From Epiperipatus broadwayi (Eukaryota; Animalia; Onychophora), in contig JAQFVV010000005.1 of the NCBI GenBank assembly GCA_028023455.1, forward strand, positions 6,448,001 through 6,512,000: 64,000 nucleotides of DNA, in the 5' to 3' direction. Under the pieces are notes generated by a model. It ran no database searches, was not told the DNA's origin, and saw only the letters and a list, made by a program, of their open reading frames with translations. Positions 1 to 13,799 of the stretch are shown here, piece by piece. The translations under genes were made by a program, and so were the position numbers. Position 1 is the stretch's first letter; each line of letters opens with the position of its first letter.

Positions 1-1592
1 TTTAATATACAAAGTAATTTTTCTAAGTAAATATAATTATCCACAAAGGAAATAAAGTTTAAGGGTTATTAAAATACACAATGAAGTAATCCAAGACAAG
101 AAAGAATAACGATTTTATATCCCTCCTCAGATGAAATAAAATGACGATGAATGTTGAAACATAAAGTTCATTGATCATCCTTCGAAGAGGTAATCCAGAT
201 ATTCATTCTTTAAATATTTGCGTAGTAAAATATTTAACATCTTCTTGAATATAATACTCCAATATTAAGGGCAGCTTTTTAAATGAGAATTACGACGATT
301 ATATTTTAGGCATTGATTAAGTAGGAATAAATTTACATATTCAGGTTTAAAACATCAGCAGAAATCCCTGACATAAATTATCTAGCCAAAGAACTTCTTT
401 ATAAATTTTTGTCTTCTTAAATTTATATTTTGTAAACTCATTTCGAAGACGTTGATAACTTTTATAACCTTGTTAATTACACTGATTATTTTTTTATGGT
501 TCTTTATAATATTAAAGGCAGTAAATTAATTACTTGAAGCAGGTTTTAAAATATTGAATCTTCTTTTTTTTTCTTAAATGTGTTCTAAATTCGAACACAT
601 TTAAATTTACAGACGTAGTTCTTGCCTTGATAACTAAATAGAAGATTATTGTTATAACAATATTAGTTCGTTTTTATACTGGATTAATTTCTGCAAGCAT
701 ATCACATAATCATGCTCACACTCTCTATTGTTTAACATATACAATTTGTAATGAACCCCAAACGTTTATTTCCTTTGTTTCAACTGATAAAAATGCAATG
801 TTGACTTAAGGCTTTGTCAAATGTCAAGTTTTATATTAACAAAAAAAAAATAGTATTAGTTAGAAACATTTTATTTATGTGTGTGTATAAATAAACTAGA
901 ATTATTCATTTTTAGAATTATTCTTTTAATACTAACTAGTCTATATATATAGCTGATACATGAAAAGCTTAAGATAGGTGTAAGTTATTTATATCTGTTG
1001 ATTTGATATAGGCACAGTTAAATTCACAAAGAAACACAAATTGTTTTAGGTGAGGCTCATATGGTACTCTCACAGTACATTCAGTTACGACATGATAAGC
1101 ATTACTTATATTCTTTTTTTTTTTCAAGTCTACTTCTGCTGACATGAATGAGATTATCTAAAATTTGCTTTGATAATAATGGGTCTGAATTGGACCGAAA
1201 TTTACTCCATATTGGTTAATCATTCATTCTGGATTTCTTTTAGTTAGACAGTTTGTTTTTAATAAGAATCTATGATTTATGTTTCGTTTTTGAACAAAAT
1301 AGCAGATCCTATCTGGAAATGAGAGGAATTTTTAAGTTTACTTCATTGCAGTAGGAATTTTTTATATTTTGTTTATCAAGACAAATGCTATATTTTTTAT
1401 TTATTTAAAAGTTGGAAAAATAATTTCAAATATAATTTTCTTTATTTCAATGATATTATTTTAATGATATTAAGAAATAAAGTATATATTTAACTTATCT
1501 TATTACTGGTGTTGTTATTCTTTTTTATGAAATCAAAATCTCACATGGAGAAAGTGAAGGGAAAGATAAAAATAAGTCCTGAAGATTTAGAC

Positions 1593-1689
1593 TTTTTTTT
1601 CCATGTGTCATAGCATCGGCCGGGAAGTGAACCCGTTACAACTGCTTGTAAGGCAGCTGTGCTGACCACTCGACCACCAACGCTTGACA
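1593..1689 (-). mobile_element. tRNA-Gly(TCC)-derived SINE-like element / tRNA pseudogene, copy 1
   Basis: Minus strand 1683-1613 reads GCGTTGGTGGTCGAGTGGTCAGCACAGCTGCCT-TAC-AAGCAGTTGTAACGGGTTCACTTCCCGGCCGATGC. This follows the eukaryotic tRNA-Gly(TCC) body, but the anticodon is TAC and the T-loop is TTCACTT (invariant A58 lost). It is followed by TATGACACATGG and an A8 tail. A related copy lies at 40452-40560. Confidence 0.75.
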
Positions 1690-2899
1690 GACTTTTTTAT
1701 TCCTTCAATATATTATTTTAAAAACTTTAAAACATTCATTAATTTTTAATAACTTTATAACATTAATAATAATTATGACAAAATTATTTAATTTTATTAT
1801 AAATATGATGTAAACTGAAAGCTACATGTTGGTATATGAAGAATGCCTCTATTTCGAATATTTATGTATATACAACAAAATTAAATGTAGTTTCTTAACT
1901 TGATTTTCATTATGTTTATTAGATCTGCCTTTCTATAAAAAATGGATTTAAAACACCATATTAAAGATTTTATTTTTTATACATAAAAGAAATGCAAAAT
2001 ATGCTATTACCCATGATGGTAAAATTTCTAGGATCAGCTCTGGATACATATACAAATTGTTTTTTATTAATTTCAAAGCAACATACTTTTATTTAATTTA
2101 GTTTATTTTTCCAGCATATTTCTCAGTGTTCATCTGACAATTATTAACTCGATACAAATTAAATAGTAATGCTAGACTGGATGTAGCATTAGATAATCTG
2201 TAATGATACAATGGCATACTCTCGAACTCAAAAGGCCATGGACCGTGACTCAAATGTTACTTTCAGTTTTATATGAACTTCCAAGCAAGAAGTTATTCCT
2301 TATTTTTTATTTAATAATGAGCTTTTATTTTATGTTTTTTTCCTCTTCTTTATGCCAAAATATTACATGATTTTAACAAGTGAAGAAGCTATAAATTAAA
2401 TGGTTAAAGTTCATTTATGCTGCCTTGTTGAAGCTGAAATGAAATCACTTCTTTTTAAATGGTTATTTCTCTAAAATAATTATTGCTACTAGAAAAAATA
2501 TTGATAAAAGCGTACAAATTAAGAAATTTATAATTAATAATTATCTATTACGCCATATTAATTTACTTTTCAATTCAAATTTTTTCCTTAAAAAATTCTT
2601 CTGTATCGTAAAGAAAATAGTTGGTAGACACGCCCCCCCCCCCCTATACATTTAAGAGCTTTCATACCATTTTTTTAAACAACATGATGATAAATTTTTG
2701 CATCTGTGATGCCAATAGTAAAAATATATTTCCAAATTTATTCAATTGAATATTGTTAAGTCAAATGATATGCTCATTTAAATCATAAAAAATACTTTTT
2801 ATTTGCAAGATTATTAGTATATTTTAATCACAAAAAATCTCTATAAGTTCCTTTTTTAATAATTAAGCTGTCTAACAAAAATTCATCTGTTAGATAAAT

Positions 2900-3231
2900 T
2901 TTCAAAATATCTGATTGCTTTTGATACAAGAACCGACAATATATTCTAAGTGTCGCAATTCTCGTAGAATCATTTATATTTTTGCGACATAATGGCTAAC
3001 ACGTGAAAAAAATGTAATAGGATGATTGGTTGCTTGGGATCATGTGACAATTGAATACCATAAGTGATAGCTTGAACTCGAATTCGTCATAAAACAATCT
3101 AAAAAATATTAAATGAATTCGTAGAGAAAGTTCCGTGGAATATATAATGCGGGACGAATTACGGAATTTAATTAGCATTCGGTTTAACTTGATGTAGATA
3201 ATTGCAATGTCTTGTTTGCTTGCTATTTCAG
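2900..3231 (+). promoter_or_regulatory. CpG-rich promoter / candidate non-coding first exon
   Basis: Local CpG cluster in a CpG-poor background; inverted TGTCGCAA (2951-2958) / TTGCGACA (2982-2989); CACGTG at 3000-3005; splice-donor-like TTCAG|GTAAAT at 3231/3232. Confidence 0.4.
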
Positions 3232-3979
3232 GTAAATTCTATTTTTTGAAAAAGTTAATCAAATTACCTTTGTAGATGTAGAAAGGAAAGTATATATTTA
3301 TTTTCTAGAAGTAAAACTAGACAAAAACGGATTGATATTCTTATTATTGTACTCTTTTATTTATAGTAATTACCGTATATCAGTATATAGCGCAGACACT
3401 TAAAAGCATCAAAAGACTAAGAGCAGTAATATTAGAAGGAATTTATTTTTCAAAAGCAAAGCCGAAAACAGAACTGTGATTGTGCAACTAAATAAACTGC
3501 TATATATTTTCTTTTCGTGATAAAATATTGTAAATCATGTGACTGCCAATTTCTTTATGATTCAAAACTTTCCAGCTTTAGAACCAAAACAGCAATTAAT
3601 TTAATTGCTACTTTTGTAATGGATTAAGTACAAAATGAATTAAATAGTGCTAATTTTATTACTCTCTTGTTTCGCCTTACTGGGCAAAGTGTTAGACAAA
3701 TTAGAGTCAATTCTTCCCAATTAGAAATTTTAATTCTTATCTAATTTTTTATCATTATTTTCTCTAATTAACCTTAATGATTTAATTAGGCGCAACTCTA
3801 AGTAAAAGAAATTCTATTTTATAATATTAGCAGACAAATTTACAAATACTCAATACATTTTTATATAATACAATAACATACATAGTTTATAAAAACATAT
3901 GGCATATAAAATGATCAAAATCAATTATAACCTGCAAAACATCAACTCTATGTTTACAGATTTACTCTTCGGTTCACGT

Positions 3980-5510
3980 CTTCTGAATCGAAGTTACCTA
4001 AAAAATTCTGTTTCCGTATTTGTGATAGCCTATACAATTAGTGTATTTTTACTTCTGAAGTAACTAGTACTTTTCATCTTCATTATCATTTATAATTAAT
4101 CTTTCTCTAAAAGAGGGAATTTTCATTTTTTTAAATTAATCTAATGATTAAATCTTTATCCAAAATTTATTTTGAGTAAATTAAGGCAGTAACCCTTTTT
4201 CTATTATTTGTTCATCTATTATTGAATCTTTAATCAAACTTACATATTTTTCAAAACGAATTTAAACTGACCTGTTTTTAGTTGTTTATTTTTTCTTTTC
4301 AAACAGCATTACCTCCCTCTATTTCAGAAGTTCTGATTTTTTTACTTAACTTTGGACACAATGTTCCAATTATTTTGTTTTCTAATTCTTCTTTTGCTTC
4401 TCTAATATTCTAGCTAAGTATTTGCTATTTTTTTTTTTTTTTTCTGCAAAGTTCACCAATGTTGTAGTCTTTTGCTTTTGGAACTTCATTTTGATGGATG
4501 TGATATATTCTGTCTTCATTTTTACAATGTTGTTGTAAATCATGCCTTGTATTTTTTCCTTAACCCAGCTTGCCTGAAGAGAGTAAATCCATAGATCTAA
4601 AGACAGTTATTTTTAATCTTTGTTATCATTATACTTGCTATAGGTTTTTTTTTATATCCTAAGTATATTATTGTATTATATAAAAATATATTTTATATAC
4701 ATATTTGTAAATTTGTCTGCTAATAATTAAAATAGAAGAACTTATTTTATTTAGAATTGCATACTTAAGTTATTGAGGTTAGCTATTGAAAGTATCAATA
4801 ATGAAAATATAGATATCTCTCTCATATCGGATTAAAAGAATTAAAATTCCCAAATGGGGACAACTGATTCTAATTTGTCTAATCCTTTACTTTTTGAAGT
4901 GATGCAAAGGAAAACTGGCACAGTCAACTAAAATTTGTGATGAGGGAGAATTTGATAGAGAAAGGAAATAAAAATGTAAATCATTCTAAGATTTGAAAAT
5001 GTTGGGACAGGCAAACATAGGAGAATTTAACATTAAAATGGAAGTAAATGTCAAATTACTTGAAACAATTGGAAAATTTCTTTTTTCTATAAAATATTAA
5101 TAAAGAAAAATGTAAAATAGCAGCTTCATTATGTTTGGTTTTATGAAAGTTAGAGATTTAACAAAAATAAAGTATTTAATCTGAGTGGAATTTTCTTCTT
5201 CTATAGCAGTCAATCTTCAGAATTTAAATCATTAAAAATTCTGTTCTAGTTTTTGTATTAGCTACTTAATTAATGTATCTTTTACTTCTGAAGTAACTAC
5301 TGTGTTTTTCAATGTAATTACCATTTATCTTTTTTTGCAGAGAGGATTTTTTTTAAAATTAATCTATTGATTGTAATGTTTATCCAAAAATTTTATTTTA
5401 ATAGATTAAGACAACAACTGTCTGTTAATGATTTATTTATGTTTAAATCTTTAATTAAACAACTTTTAGTTATTTTTCAAAAATGAAATTGAAGTGATCC
5501 TTTTTTTCTT
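3980..5510. repeat. Diverged ~290-bp direct repeat pair (~3980-4280 and ~5213-5510), probably old LINE debris
   Basis: Shared blocks AAAAATTCTGTT, TTTACTTCTGAAGTAACTA, AAATTAATCTA.TGATT, TTTATCCAAAA and ATCTTTAAT.AAAC occur in the same order at an offset of ~1233 bp. Confidence 0.65.
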
Positions 5511-7984
5511 TTGAAAGATAATAGTTACTATATCAGTTGTTACATTCAGTAGAGAATTTTGTAATAAATAAGATACTTGTTCCATATTTTGAAATTAAAA
5601 TATGATTGATAGACTGATTAAACGGGACAGATTTTAGCCAAATATTGACTAAAACTTAAATGAACTTAGAGAAAAATTATTCAAATTATATAAATTTGGT
5701 GTTGGGGGCGGGGGGGGGGGGCACAAAACTAATGTTCATACAAAATTACAACAAGCAATGAGCCATAAACTATATGAAGCTTGGGGCTGTGCAAATGCCT
5801 ATCATAATTGTGTACAGAATTGTGTAGATTAGCTGTGTTTTGATGTAGAAATGACTGTAATTAAAATATATAGGTAAAAAAAAACAGCACAGAAGTATTG
5901 TATCACTGAACTATATGACATTCAAATCCAGTATCTAATCTACAAAGAATTCTTTTAATTTGGGCATGATTGAAATCTTAATTCTTGTTAAAATATAAAA
6001 TTCTTGCCCCCAATTAATCAGAGTTGTTTTTGAAAATCTTAGTAAATTATTTGTTCCAAGTAACCTTCAAGTTTTTCAAGCTCTGAAAAAAAAGAAATTT
6101 CAGCTACAGAAATGGCTTTGAAATACATGAAATGGGTTTGAAATAGTCTTTTTTGTATTGAATTTTTGATTGCATTTTTCATTCAAGAAATATTGTAACC
6201 CTAGTATTAAAATGCATGTATTAATTTATTCCATATACATATCTAATTGTTTTAATTGAGAAACTCATAGTAAATTGAAATCTTAATATCTATTACATCG
6301 ATATTTGCTGCTTATATAAATATTACAGTATGGTGACAACCATTTTTTATACTTATAGCAGCTCTAAATTTTGCTACCTCAAATGAACTCATTCAATCTC
6401 ACTTTCATTGCAATCTGAATTCAGTACACATGGATTTCTTTCTTAAATTTTTTTTTTTTTTTTGGCAGAGTTTAAAATTTCATTTGAAATTTCTAACTAT
6501 AAATAATAAAATGAAAATTGTTGATCTAACGGTGAGAGAAAAAAATTTCTTATTCTGAAAGTGGACTATTTATTTAAAATAAATAAATCAACCAGTTAAG
6601 AAGTACTGATAAGATAAAAAAAAAAATCCATGCCATTATTGTTTATGTTCTTGAAAAAGTTAAAATTGTAACTATGATATGAAATAATTTTTTGGCAAAC
6701 ATTCAATAAGTGTTGAATTTGCGGATAAAACATATGACTTGGAGGACTGATGATAATTAAGCTTCAATCATGTGTGAAAAGTTGAGTTGCAAATCTACTG
6801 AAAGGGATGACTCCAAACAGGGGTACTTATATAAATTCAGAAATAGATATGGACTTAACATCAAAATTACTAAAAAAGCTGCTGAACATAAGGTTTAGTA
6901 TATTTTCAATATGGAATGAAGTTATTAATGACTTTGAATGCTATTAAGAAAGTTAAAAAAATTTTTTTAGGCAGAACAAGATCTTGGGGAAGATAGATTT
7001 ATTAATACAACTAATGAAGAAATTGTAGAATTTTGAAAGCCATATAGAATGCTGAATAAATGAATAGTTAAGTCTTTTTTGGCATCAGCATTAGAAGAAA
7101 AGGTGAAAGAAGAAAATGAAGAGAAAAAGAAGTTCACATTGCACAGATTGTAAATAATAAAATTATGAGAAATGGCTCTAATGGAACATAGAATTATGAG
7201 AGTAACATTATAATCTTCTGGAAGACCAATTTGATAAATTAAAAAGAAAGAAGAAACAATTTTCCAGGATAATGATTATTAAAAACTTTTCATTACAAAA
7301 AAATGATGAAACTCCATCAACTTCGATCGTTTCAAACTTACTATGTTTTCCACAGATAGATGCCTACCTTATCTTATAATTCAGGGCTCCAAGATCATCA
7401 TGAATGGATGATTTTTTGATATATCAGCAGAAAGTCAATATACTAACTTTTCATTGCCTATTTTCATCAAAAATAAAATTATAAAAATGCATTACATTAA
7501 AGAAAAATTATATGTGTGAGAGAATATATCAAGTGAATACATATACATTCACCTATTACATATATATATAAATATGCTTTCAAAGTTTATTATTATATTT
7601 TTCATAAAGGGATTATACTTTTTTTTAGCATAAACTCTTAAACGCTAAGAAAACAATAATCGGGATAGGTTTAATAGTCTGGAAACATTATCTTTGCTTA
7701 AATCATTATAATCACTTATGGGATATGTTGAAACTGAATTGGGATAGAAGTTTCAATTTGTAAAAATTTATTTTTTAGACAGTCCTATTTAGGGATCTGT
7801 TTCATAGAAATGGAAAGGATCAATAGAGGAGATTTAAAAATGATCTATTGGTATAGGTTAGGTTGTTCTTGGCAGATCCTTGAAGTGATGAAACATTGGA
7901 AAATCAATATTGTTAATAGTAGTAAAGTAGTAATAATAGATAAATGTTTATTTTTCTAAATATTGATAAAATATGCAAAATTCA

Positions 7985-8080
7985 AGACCAGGATAAAGAA
8001 TAGCAGTTCTACCTAAGGAGCTATCAAAATTTTAAATTGATATAACTGCTTTTAATGAAAATATTATTTAGAGGAAATTT
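7985..8080 (+). mobile_element. RTE (BovB-like) LINE endonuclease remnant
   Basis: Translates as RPG*RIAVLPKELSKF*IDITAFNE, resembling the RTE APE N-terminal motif (R-T-A-L-V-A-R-E-L-x-R-Y-x-I-D-I-A-A-L-S-E). Confidence 0.55.
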
Positions 8081-9249
8081 AATAAAACAGATAGTTGGCT
8101 ACAATCTTTTTTTTTTTTTTTGGAAAGACAGTTTAACCAGTGAAAGAGAACTATATGCTGTTGTATTGTTGTAAGGTCTAACTTATTAAATTCTATGTTG
8201 TAACAACAAGAAGGAAAGGGGTAGACATGGGAAGATGGCAAACATCCCTATAAATTAAATAGTCATCATCAATTAACAATCAGTGAACAAATATAAATGA
8301 ATACATATAAAAGGACTAATAGTATCAACATAGAAGAATATAAATACTGTAGTTATAACATTTATACTTATAAGCTACAACACCAGCATTAAACTAAAAT
8401 AGTCAATAGTCATAGCTTGTGACTGAACTTAAAAAAAATTCACTGGTCCATGCCAAACTTAGGGCATGATATACAAACTATTATCTGCATGCACATACTT
8501 GATATATGCTGATCGTTATTAATGCTCTAGCCATGTGTTTTAATCTGTAAAAATAAAATACAATCAGTGGACTTTAACAGTCATTTTTACCTTTGCCCCA
8601 TGTAGAAAACCATCTGGATGTCCAAACACAAACACAAATTTCCACATATAAGTAAATAAATCTTTATTACTGTAGAGGTAGCTGAAGATCATAATTACCC
8701 TAGGGACTGTGACTAAACTAGAGAAAGTATAAATGTATTTGCTTAATCTAATTTAAATAGTTTTACTGGGATAATTTACAAATCCGTTGAAACACTTCAC
8801 TATAATGAAATCAAGTCATACACACTTCCAATTTATAGAAAATATAGCTGGAAGAATAAAGATATTAATACTTTTTAACAATTTTTTAACAAATTAATTA
8901 AGAAAATTGAGAAAAGATATGATACTTCCAACTCATGTATTTTGTCAAAAAATTATAATTTTGAATAGCAAAATGAGTTGATTTTTATTATAGTACATTA
9001 ATTAACCTTTACTTTCAGGTTTAGTCCCCCCTTTTTAACCAAATATAAAACAATATCTCACAAATAAGAGATAAGAAAATTTTTAATTAGCTAAAATCTT
9101 TTTTACAATTTTGAAGGAAAAATCAAATGAATAAAAAACATATTTTAAAAGAAATTATTTAAAATTATTTATTATTACTAATTATTATTTATATTAAAAC
9201 CTATTTGTAACTGTAGGTGTGCCCATTACAATAGCTTCTTAGCCTGGCT

Positions 9250-9410
9250 TTTTTCTCGATTTGAGAATGTGAACTACTTTAAATATTTGGGCAGTGTTTT
9301 ATACAGAAAGAGGAATTTAAATGCTGAAGTGCATTATAGATTCCAATGAGTTGCTGCTGGTTTTAACAAATTAAAAGATAGGGTATTTTATTGGAGTGAT
9401 GTTGCAAATA
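9250..9410 (+). mobile_element. RTE LINE post-RT domain remnant
   Basis: Translates to ENVNYFKYLGSVL followed by LNAEVHYR, matching the FxYLGS...EVxxRI motif of RTE ORFs. Confidence 0.55.
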
Positions 9411-10798
9411 GTTTTACAATAGAGCTGTTATTTTAATTACTTTATTGTATAGAAGTAAGAATTGACTTTGGTAAAAATCACATTTGTGTTGAATGTGTGA
9501 AATGAATGATAAAAAATTTCCTAAAAAAGTATGATGAACTTTAGCATGGTTATTATGGGATAGATAAAATATTTGAGTCTTTCAAAAAGAATAATTTGCT
9601 GTAGATATTAGAAGATAGTCTCAAAATATCAAGGAAATAGAATAATGCTTTATATGTCAATGTATTTATGGTTCATAGATTGGCCTCCATGTTCTCCAAT
9701 ATCATCTTTTATTTGTCTATTACTTGATAAAATATCTTGAGGGGGAGGGGCATTGGATTTTGTACATGCACATGTGACAAAGTTTAAGCTATTATTTGCT
9801 CATTCAAATCATCCATTATGAGTTTCAGAACAAATTAGAATAGTTGCTAAGATTCTGTTGTATTAAATTTATATATATATATAAAGAATTTTTAAGTTTT
9901 TATTTATTTTGTGTATATACGTATGTTTATGTTTTGCTTTAATATTTTATATTTACATACGTGGATATTTTTTTCTTATTAATTTTTTTTAATGTTCATT
10001 ATAAGCATGGCAAACTTCTAAACAAGTTTTTTTTGAAAAAAAAAAGAAATAATTTCCTTTTGCTAAATATTAGAAGTGGGATTATATAGTAAAAATAGTC
10101 AAAATCTAGGGGGAAATGCTAATTTATCAGGATTCATAAGCTGATGCATTTTTGTAGAACCCAAAAACTTAAACTGATACTGGTTATTATATTAATTTAT
10201 TTTTAACTGTTAAAATTATTTTTATACATATTAATATAAAAGGTGCCATAGTATGTAAATCCTCAAGAAGAGAAGAGACTATTTAAATCAATGGTAGCAA
10301 TAGTTGAAGTATATTTTTAAGATGATGAAAAATTTTGGAGGGAAAATTTACTGATATACATTTTATTAGGGAAGAATAGAATGTATGATAAAGATACAGA
10401 ATGAATATCAAAAATTGTCTTTGTAAATGTTAAGAACATAGGTGCATTGAGATAAAATTATTAAGTGTGGAATAGATGAAATTGCAGAATTTATTATTGT
10501 TTGACTATGGATATATAAATTTTCTAAGGTAAGACTATGGATAAGTTATATTGAATTTTGATAAGTGTCAATATGGATATGTACATTATATAGACAATAC
10601 TGGTGTAGAAACAACAATATATATATATATATTCATGTCAGACTGTTTGCGATCTCGATTGAGATGTGTATTCAATAATGCAGAGAAAGTATGACCAGGC
10701 CTAATTTGATTTGCAATCCACAATGCATATAAGTTTTAGATATCCACATAAGCTAAAACTCTATACTTTGATAATAGATTCATATTCATAAACAAATT

Positions 10799-11095
10799 TA
10801 TATATTGCTTATAATACTTCTTTCATATACACTTCAATGTAAACAAATTTTCTTAAAAACTTTTTTATTTTCCTTACAGCTTCCACTGTCCAGCAGTCTT
10901 CATCAGAGCTCTAATCTTCTTCTCTGCTTTAATTAAACTGTAAGGAAAATAAAGGTCATTTTAATTAAAGCAGAGAAGATTAGAGCTCTGTGGAAGACTA
11001 CTGGACAGTCGAAACTGTAAGAAAAATAAAGAAGTTTTTAAGAAAATTTGTTTGCATTGAAGTGTATATGAAAGAAGTGTTATAAGCAATATATA
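10799..11095. repeat. Long inverted repeat: arms 10799-10937 and 10960-11095, 22-bp spacer
   Basis: The right arm is the reverse complement of the left arm with scattered substitutions and one small indel. The spacer CTGTAAGGAAAATAAA is itself the reverse complement of left-arm bases 10864-10879. Confidence 0.95.
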
Positions 11096-12099
11096 TATGA
11101 TTATATGAAGATGTGCAAAGAAAGTGAAAGAGAAGAATAAGAGCACAAACAAATTACTCAGGATTAGTCAACAAAATGTGTACTCTTAGCCTTATTCTAT
11201 TTTATTAATAAAAATTTATGTAAATATAATCATTTCTTACTATAAGAACTAATTAAGAGTAACTGAATCTGTGGTTTAAAACTAAGGCTAACAATTTTAA
11301 ATACAAAGATGATTAATTATTTATATCAGGGTATTATAATGTAAGAAAATAAATGCATGGGTATAAAGTGTGTTTATGCATTTTAGGTTACAATAATGTA
11401 AAAGGGATTTTATGTACATCTTACCCAATGCTTTTGTATTTCAAATCTTATTAATATAATAATGATGTATTTAAAGTTAATAGATTTTATGTGTAATCTA
11501 ATATCTCAAATATAACTTTTTTTAATATTATGAATATGCAGTAACAATGTTTTTTAAATTATAATAAAAGAGAAATATTAAAAATAAACAATTACATTAT
11601 TACACAATATAAAATAAACAATTAAAACTAATAATAATAAGAAAATTATATAAAATATCTAATAAATATTACTATAATTTGAATTTGGGATATGAAAAGT
11701 GTGTTATCTGACAATGTTGTGAAGACACTAATATTAAATAAGAATAGGTTGTTTATTTAAAATAGTCCTCAATTTAAATACTGGAGGATAATAATCTCAT
11801 CATAATGATCAATGATAAATGCTCTACTTGGTCTTTAATTAGTTTGTTTCACTAACTAATCAATTATTAATTAACTCCATTTAATAATGCTGGAGAAGTT
11901 TTTCACTCTTTTAAGAGAAGCAAGTACAAATCATTGCTTAGCACACCTAGATGATATTTACTACATTGGGCTTATTTATTTTGCCTCAAGCATCTTTACT
12001 GGATTCATTTGCAACATTTGCAGGCTTAAATATTAGAATTGCTACTCCACTAACAAAATATAATTAAATCATTAGGATGCCTTGTTACATACTATATAA

Positions 12100-13796
12100 T
12101 GTGATGATCGCACATACTGCGATCACACATATAGATATTTAACATTTAAAGAATATTAAATATTGTGTTTGGAATACTAAAAAGTGAGTTAAAAAAATTA
12201 TAAACAAAGAAATGTTTTAATTAAGAAAAGAGAGGGAATTAGAATCAAAAAGATTCTTATCTTTTACCCTCCAAAGTCAAGATTTTGTGAATTGAAAAAT
12301 AAGTAAAGTTAGAAATATTGAAATTGTACATTAGAAAATTAATAGTGATAAAGAAATATAAATGAAAGACAAACTAAAATATGATGTATAAGAAAAAGTA
12401 AAGTTTTAAGAGTTTAAATAAGATTAAAATAGAAAGTTTAAAACATGACCAAAAGATAAGAATCTGGGTCATAAAAGTACACATTTGACGATAAAACGAA
12501 ATGCGTGTATGGAGTATATATGAAGTATGATAAAGACAAAAAAAATTAATGCTTGTCAAAATAAAATAAAAAAAAACATTTATTTAAAAATCTGTGTAAT
12601 TAAAAGAAAAAATAAATAAATAAATGTACATAGTGCTACGAAATTATGTAAAGGCAAATCTATATAAATGGCCGAAGGCACATTCAGAAAAGAAAAGGTG
12701 TGAACAAAAGCGAAAACAAAGGATTGAAAAGACAAAGAACTGGGGAATTTTAATTAAAAAGTTTTATTAGAGATTAGTAGAATTAGAGACTTCTTGTCGA
12801 GATGTTGGTGGAAATACTGCTCCGATAATAAGCAGCCATAATTAACAAGAAATGATTTCCAACATCAGTGACTCATCAAGAATGGCTGGCTAAGGGCCGT
12901 CGTGATCGCTTGCCGATTCAAACCTCCCGTGCTCTAATAGTTCCCGTCTAGATGTAACAACTGCCGACGTAGCGCCTGCCGGAGAGTTCGTTTTGCCTGG
13001 TCCTTGATGTCCTAAATGCGGAGGAGTTCCCACTACCAAAATCTAACCTAAGAGCAACCGTTCCCTGCTAAAGAAGGGGAGAAATTCCACGTGGCGGTCA
13101 GCAAGACTTCAAGTTAATTCAGAGACTTAATAACCTAGATAAATATGTATATTACCTTTTATATTTACATGTGCCCATACCTTGAATTTAGACAATGGCC
13201 AAGTTCTTACTTTGAATGATACAGACATTCTTTAACCTTTTTTTTACGTATACACGGAGTGAGGATTATAAATGTACAATCATTTATAGGATCTTTTTTT
13301 ATATATATCTTTTAATCGTAGCATTATAGCATAAATGTGTTTATTGTTTGTAAATGATTTAAAGTGTTTTTTTTTTATTGTTTAATTTATTGTATTAAAT
13401 ATCTTTTATTGATTTAAATCTGTTTCGTCTCATTCTTCGCCACTCCAAACAGTAATATATTTGTAGGGGTTGGGAAATAATTATTACTCATTTAGAGTAC
13501 TGAATTAACACGTGTAGCTGGTGGTGCAGTATTTTGATCCCATTAAAATTTATAAATATCCAAGCGCTGTAACTCTTTAAATCTTACAGCAGTCGGGAGA
13601 CAGTGACCGGGAAAGATAACCTGGGGCTATACCAGTATAGTTATAGGTTCGGTCAAGTACGGATATAGACTCGTTTATGTCCATATGTTCTCTCTGCTTG
13701 CGGTAACGGAAAGTGGACGATCTTGAATTTTAAGAATTCCCCATTATATATAAATAAAAGGGAAGATAAGCTTTTGATCGCCGTGTTTCCGTTACA
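12100..13796 (+). repeat. 5' LTR (1697 bp)
   Basis: TGTGATGA...GTTACA; direct repeat of 17160-18855; TATA-like CTATATAAAT at ~12660. Hand-aligned samples gave 25 substitutions in 420 bp (12721-13140) and about 7 in the next 300 bp. Confidence 0.95.
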
Positions 13797-13799
13797 ATT

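Noticed and set aside
1613-1683. Functional tRNA-Val(TAC)
   Set aside because: The body is Gly-type, invariant A58 is lost, the discriminator is T, and a related decayed copy with the same tail exists, so it is treated as SINE/pseudogene.
6640-6900. RT-like remnants here and at ~19.4-20.6, 39.6-40.3, 50.1-50.9, 55.1-55.4 and 58.8-59.0 kb
   Set aside because: Probably LINE debris (e.g. EFADK, GLNIKITK), but too decayed to give boundaries or a clade by eye.
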